In this document: positions 59,858 through 64,000 of the stretch, piece by piece
Position numbering within the stretch: the stretch's first letter is position 1
Layout of the letters: each line of letters begins with the position of its first letter
NCBI GenBank assembly: GCA_015487235.1
Contig: WFQC01000152.1
Location: 47,751-111,750 of the forward strand
DNA length: 64,000 nucleotides
Origin: Alteromonadaceae bacterium
GTDB taxonomy: Bacteria > Pseudomonadota > Gammaproteobacteria > Enterobacterales > Alteromonadaceae
Direction: 5' to 3'
Program-made: the position numbers and the translations under genes
Notes under the pieces: generated by a model
What the model was told of the DNA's origin: nothing
Seen by the model: only the letters and a program-made list of their open reading frames with translations
The model's database searches: none

Positions 59858-60717
59858 TGGCAAGCATTGCACAAAAATGGCAAGGGTTTATACAAATAAC
59901 CCGCATGGACAAACCCATCGGCACCTATTTATTGTTATGGCCGACTTATTGGGCATTGTGGATTGCGGCTGATGGTTTTCCTCCTTTACATTTACTGTTT
60001 ATTTTTACCTTAGGGGTTTTTTTAATGCGTAGTGCTGGCTGCGTGATTAATGATATTGCCGATCGAAAAGTTGATGGACAAGTTAAACGTACCCAAGCGA
60101 GACCCTTGGTTTCAGGTTTATTAACGACCCACGATGCTATTTTTATTTTTATGATGTTAATTGCAGCTGCATTTGGCTTAGCCACATCATTACACAGCAA
60201 TACCTTAAAACTTGCAGTTGTAGCTTTGTTGTTAGCCAGTGCTTATCCCTTTATGAAGCGTTATACGAATCTACCACAAGTTGTACTAGGCGCAGCTTTT
60301 AGCTGGGGCATGATCATGGCATTTGCTGAAATTACAGGCAAAGTACCTACCATCGCTTGGTTATTATTTGCGGCTAATTTATTATGGACAGTAGCTTACG
60401 ACACCATGTATGCCATGGTGGATCGTGATGACGATATAAATATTGGTGTTAAATCTACCGCGATTTTATTCGGCCAATATGATAAGCGAATTATCGGCTT
60501 ACTACAGTTATTAGTATTGAGTTTATTATTTTTAATCGGCGAAATTTTAGCTTTTGGTTGGCCTTATCAACTTAGCCTGGTGATCACCGCGGGGCTATTT
60601 GCTTATCAACAAATGTTAATTGTTAATCGAGATCGAGCACGTTGTTTTAAGGCTTTTTTAAACAATCACTGGGTAGGATTGGTTATTTTTATGGGAATTT
60701 TCATCGAGTTATTATAA
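59857..60717 (+). CDS. ubiA: 4-hydroxybenzoate octaprenyltransferase
   Basis: 286 aa with the prenyltransferase motif NDIADRKVD. Polytopic. Confidence 0.95.
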   Translation: MASIAQKWQGFIQITRMDKPIGTYLLLWPTYWALWIAADGFPPLHLLFIFTLGVFLMRSAGCVINDIADRKVDGQVKRTQARPLVSGLLTTHDAIFIFMMLIAAAFGLATSLHSNTLKLAVVALLLASAYPFMKRYTNLPQVVLGAAFSWGMIMAFAEITGKVPTIAWLLFAANLLWTVAYDTMYAMVDRDDDINIGVKSTAILFGQYDKRIIGLLQLLVLSLLFLIGEILAFGWPYQLSLVITAGLFAYQQMLIVNRDRARCFKAFLNNHWVGLVIFMGIFIELL

Positions 60718-60728
60718 TAGCCAAAGAA

Positions 60729-60774
60729 GTTGATCTTTAAAATAGGCAACCCTATTCAAACAAAAAAGATCAAC
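60729..60774. terminator. Bidirectional hairpin between ubiA and plsB
   Basis: GTTGATCTTT...AAAGATCAAC forms a 10-bp outer stem enclosing AATAGG-CAAC-CCTATT. Confidence 0.6.
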
Positions 60775-60793
60775 ATCACTCTCGGCAAGTATT

Positions 60794-63238
60794 TTATTGC
60801 AAATGAATACTTTGCAGAACGTCAATATCGACAAGCGTTTCAATTAATTGCTGCAAATGAGTAAAACCTTCATTGGTGACTAATTTACTTTGCTCATTAT
60901 TATCAATATAACCTTCATCTTTCATCGCATTAATTAAAGTTGTTTGCGCTTTTTTATCTGTAAATTCAGGTGCTTTAACATGATTAATAACCGCTAATCG
61001 CTTCGCGACTACCACAGCTTCTTTTTCTAACTCATTGCGGGTGATCGGCGCTTTGTCAGCTAATAAGCCCGTTAAAATCGCAAAACGTTGTAGGGTTTCA
61101 TTAATAGATAAACTGATCAAGCGCACTTTTGCTTTGGCTTCAGCATCATCAACTAACGATAGAAAACCAGCATTGCTTTGCTTAGCAATACCCGCTTGCA
61201 AGAGCAATTCAATAACTTGTGTTACTTGCTGCTCAACATCATCACTTGTTTGCCACAAAAATAAATCTTTTTTAATCAAGCTCACTAACACTTTAATATC
61301 AGCTAACAACTGTGCTTGAGTCACTTTACTGTGATGAGTGAGCATGCTACACACCAGTGCTGGCACTACATAAGTATGTAAGATGTTATTACGGTAATAA
61401 CTCATTTCTAAAGCATTTTTACCTGTTAGTGAAATCACTTCACCGTAACTATCTGTGGTAATTGTTACTTTATTTAATTCTATAACACTTGCTAATAAGG
61501 CAGCTCCTGAGCAATCAGGTAAAGTTGATAATTCACTATAAGGCGCCTGCTGTTGTATCGCCAAAAAGAAATCAAGCTGCTTGATCAACTCAGTTTTGGT
61601 TAAAGCGTGATGCTCTGAAGAAAGTAACACTAAAGCTACTAATGCTACACCACTAATCGCAGCTGACTTATTCACTTGCGTCATCACCTGGTTAGCTAAA
61701 AGATTAACCGTTGGCGTTAACCAACTCGGTTTTTGTGGATCAATAGGGTCAATAAAATCTTTCCAATCAGGTACTTGAGTGGTTAAAAACTGATTTAAAT
61801 TAAGCGGCTCACCAAAATTAACATAACCATTACCATAATTACGTAAATTGCGAATAGCTTTTATAACTCCAAAAATAGACTCTTTTTGTTTTTTGCTACC
61901 ACTCAATTCTTTATGATAAGTTGCAACTTCCATAACATGCTCGTACCCCAAATAAACTGGTACAATACTTAATGGGCGGTGTATGCCTCGCAACATACTT
62001 TGCAACGTCATAGCAAACATACCTGTTTTGGGTGGAAGAATTTTCCCTGTTCGACTTCGGCCACCTTCTGCATAATATTTAACGGGATAGCCGCGTTCAA
62101 ACAATAAACCCAGATATTCACGAAATATTGTTGAATATAAACGATTTCCTCCAAAGCTACGGCGAATAAAAAAAGCCCCCGCTTTGCGAAAAATAGGCCC
62201 TGCTGGCCAAAAATTTAAGTTAATGCCCGCTGCAATTCTCGGTGTAACTAAGCCTTGATGATAAATAATATAAGTTAACAGTAAATAATCCATGTGACTG
62301 CGATGGCAAGGCACATAAATAATTTCGTGACCATCTTGTGCTAGTTGACGTAACGTTTCAGCATTACTGACTTTAATTGTGCGATATAAGCGTTTAAATA
62401 GCCAAGTAAGTACTCTTTCACCAAAACGAATAGCTGACTCGCGATAATCACCGGCAATTTCATCCATAATAGCGAGTGCCTGCTTTTTAGCTTTCTCTAA
62501 ACTGATTTCTTTGGCTTTCGCTTCTTCTTCAATAGCTCGAGCAACAGAAGGGTTAGCGAGCAATGCCATAAACATTTGTTGGCGATGCATTAATCTTGGC
62601 CCTGTTGCGGCAATAGTTTGTTTATAAAAATGAAAACGAGCTACTCGTAATAATTTTCGCGCAGTTTTTTCATTTACACCATGCTGATCGGCCATGTAAC
62701 GAAAAGAAACGGCATTACTAAAACGTACTAAGGTGTGTCTGCCTAAAAACAACACAATAAAAAATTTACGTAACCAATTAGGAGACTCTTGATCAGCTAG
62801 CAACGTGCCTACATTGGCATTGTTTTTTTCTTTTGCTGGCGCTCTTCCCCATGTCATATTCACAGGAATCAGCTGCGCATCTAATTTATCATTCAGTTGA
62901 TGTTGCTCTAATATCGCTAAACCTTCAGCAATAGCATTGGTTTTAGAACGTTTGTGCCAAGAAAATAGTGAACTAGGTTTTGCTAAACATAACGTACGCT
63001 GAAATTTTTTACCTTCAATTTCAACAGGCGCTAACGGATCAGGTAATTTTAATTGCTGACACGCTTTTTGTAGCGTTAATAAATCACTTGCCGATTGATA
63101 GCGAATAACATAAAAAATAGGCTGGGCTAAATTCAGTGCTGTAGCTTCAATTAAGTTATCGGGAATAATTTTACAGCGCACCAATAATCGTACGGGCCAT
63201 TTTAATAACGTATAAACAAGAGTTCTTAATACTGACAT
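60794..63238 (-). CDS. plsB: Glycerol-3-phosphate acyltransferase
   Basis: 814 aa with the HX4D acyltransferase motif (PCHRSHMDYLLL). Length and order are as in E. coli PlsB. Confidence 0.95.
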   Translation of the reverse strand: MSVLRTLVYTLLKWPVRLLVRCKIIPDNLIEATALNLAQPIFYVIRYQSASDLLTLQKACQQLKLPDPLAPVEIEGKKFQRTLCLAKPSSLFSWHKRSKTNAIAEGLAILEQHQLNDKLDAQLIPVNMTWGRAPAKEKNNANVGTLLADQESPNWLRKFFIVLFLGRHTLVRFSNAVSFRYMADQHGVNEKTARKLLRVARFHFYKQTIAATGPRLMHRQQMFMALLANPSVARAIEEEAKAKEISLEKAKKQALAIMDEIAGDYRESAIRFGERVLTWLFKRLYRTIKVSNAETLRQLAQDGHEIIYVPCHRSHMDYLLLTYIIYHQGLVTPRIAAGINLNFWPAGPIFRKAGAFFIRRSFGGNRLYSTIFREYLGLLFERGYPVKYYAEGGRSRTGKILPPKTGMFAMTLQSMLRGIHRPLSIVPVYLGYEHVMEVATYHKELSGSKKQKESIFGVIKAIRNLRNYGNGYVNFGEPLNLNQFLTTQVPDWKDFIDPIDPQKPSWLTPTVNLLANQVMTQVNKSAAISGVALVALVLLSSEHHALTKTELIKQLDFFLAIQQQAPYSELSTLPDCSGAALLASVIELNKVTITTDSYGEVISLTGKNALEMSYYRNNILHTYVVPALVCSMLTHHSKVTQAQLLADIKVLVSLIKKDLFLWQTSDDVEQQVTQVIELLLQAGIAKQSNAGFLSLVDDAEAKAKVRLISLSINETLQRFAILTGLLADKAPITRNELEKEAVVVAKRLAVINHVKAPEFTDKKAQTTLINAMKDEGYIDNNEQSKLVTNEGFTHLQQLIETLVDIDVLQSIHLQ

Positions 63239-63786
63239 GCCGGTTTCGCTCAGAAAAAATAGACGACCATTTTAGCCTTATTTGTTGTAGTTATCAAAAT
63301 CTCTCAACTTTAGCACAATATAAAGTGGCTAAAAGACAATACCCTAACTCAAAAAATAGCTCAGTGATGTGATATTCAACTATGAAAACTCAGCAGTGCT
63401 AGTGTGATTTATTCTTTAATCATTTAGTCAACTTTTTATTATGGCTAAATAAAATACCGAATAATATTAATATTTTTGTCATTAATGCTTAACATTTGAC
63501 CCGTAATTTAGTTGACACAAAGATCAACTAAACCTTGTAAATATTAGATTAATAAAGACTATAAATAGATAAAATAGCTTATATAACAACTAGTTTTTCG
63601 GTTTTGCAAATTTTAATTGTTATGCTAAGTTTGATAAGTTGTTAGTGGTTTATTAATAATCTATAAGGATTTGGTTAGCAATAAAAATAACATTTAAGCA
63701 TAACACCTACTTTGACTATTTGGTCAGCATTAACTAACTAGTCAAAAGAAGGATAAATAACTATAGATAACAAAAAGGAAAAACCT

Positions 63787-64000
63787 TTGAAAACATTTAC
63801 TAAAAAAAATGCGCTAGCGTTACTAGCGCTCACCAGTTTTTGGGCGAACGGTGAAGTTGCTAATGGTAGCTTTGAAACTTGGTCTAATGGTGCTCCAACA
63901 AATTGGACCACAATAGATTCAGGTATTAGTGTTAATCAAAACACTAGTATTGTGAAAGAAGGGCTGAATTCAGCGGCAATTACCGTAAATACTGCTTCAC
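63787..64000 (+). CDS. Secreted protein, N-terminal fragment (continues past window end)
   Basis: A TTG start lies 7 nt after AAGGA. It translates as (M)KTFTKKNALALLALTSFWANGEVANGSFETWSNGAPTNWTT... with a signal peptide and remains open to the window edge. An in-frame stop 11 codons upstream excludes an earlier start. Confidence 0.55.
   Translation, partial: MKTFTKKNALALLALTSFWANGEVANGSFETWSNGAPTNWTTIDSGISVNQNTSIVKEGLNSAAITVNTAS

Overview
AT-rich gammaproteobacterial chromosome segment. The gene order looks Alteromonadales/Colwellia-like, but that assignment is inferred from synteny only. Most of the window is conserved housekeeping DNA. On the minus strand it holds the complete S10 operon and most of the spc operon (rpsJ to rplO), then purD/purH, fis-dusB, prmA, trpS-rpe, dam-damX-aroB-aroK, pilQPONM and plsB. 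On the plus strand it holds mrcA, an LPS-core cluster (kdkA, a GT9 heptosyltransferase, waaA), tesB, kbl-tdh, glpEG and ubiCA. I found no rRNA gene, tRNA gene or CRISPR array.

Small accessory modules sit between these blocks:
- a TetR / TonB-dependent receptor / FadD / BASS locus
- an exported methyltransferase that splits purH from purD
- a translationally coupled trypsin-like protease and FHA membrane-protein pair
- a three-gene opposite-strand insert between dam and rpe
- a c-di-GMP-themed region

Three findings came from reading the nucleotides directly:
1. A well-preserved GEMM-I (c-di-GMP-I) riboswitch aptamer lies on the minus strand at 46671-46772 with its own near-consensus promoter. 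No conventional downstream gene follows it. It points antisense into the 3' end of a diguanylate-cyclase/DUF523/DUF885 gene string and is divergent from a TPR/degenerate-GGDEF gene.
2. An 11-nt perfect complement of the aptamer core lies about 100 nt downstream and overlaps a possible 40-codon ORF.
3. A 263-bp MITE-like element with 32-nt terminal inverted repeats and a TA target duplication splits an MmcQ/YjbR-family gene.

Start codons of several ORF-track entries were trimmed where homology indicates a shorter protein.
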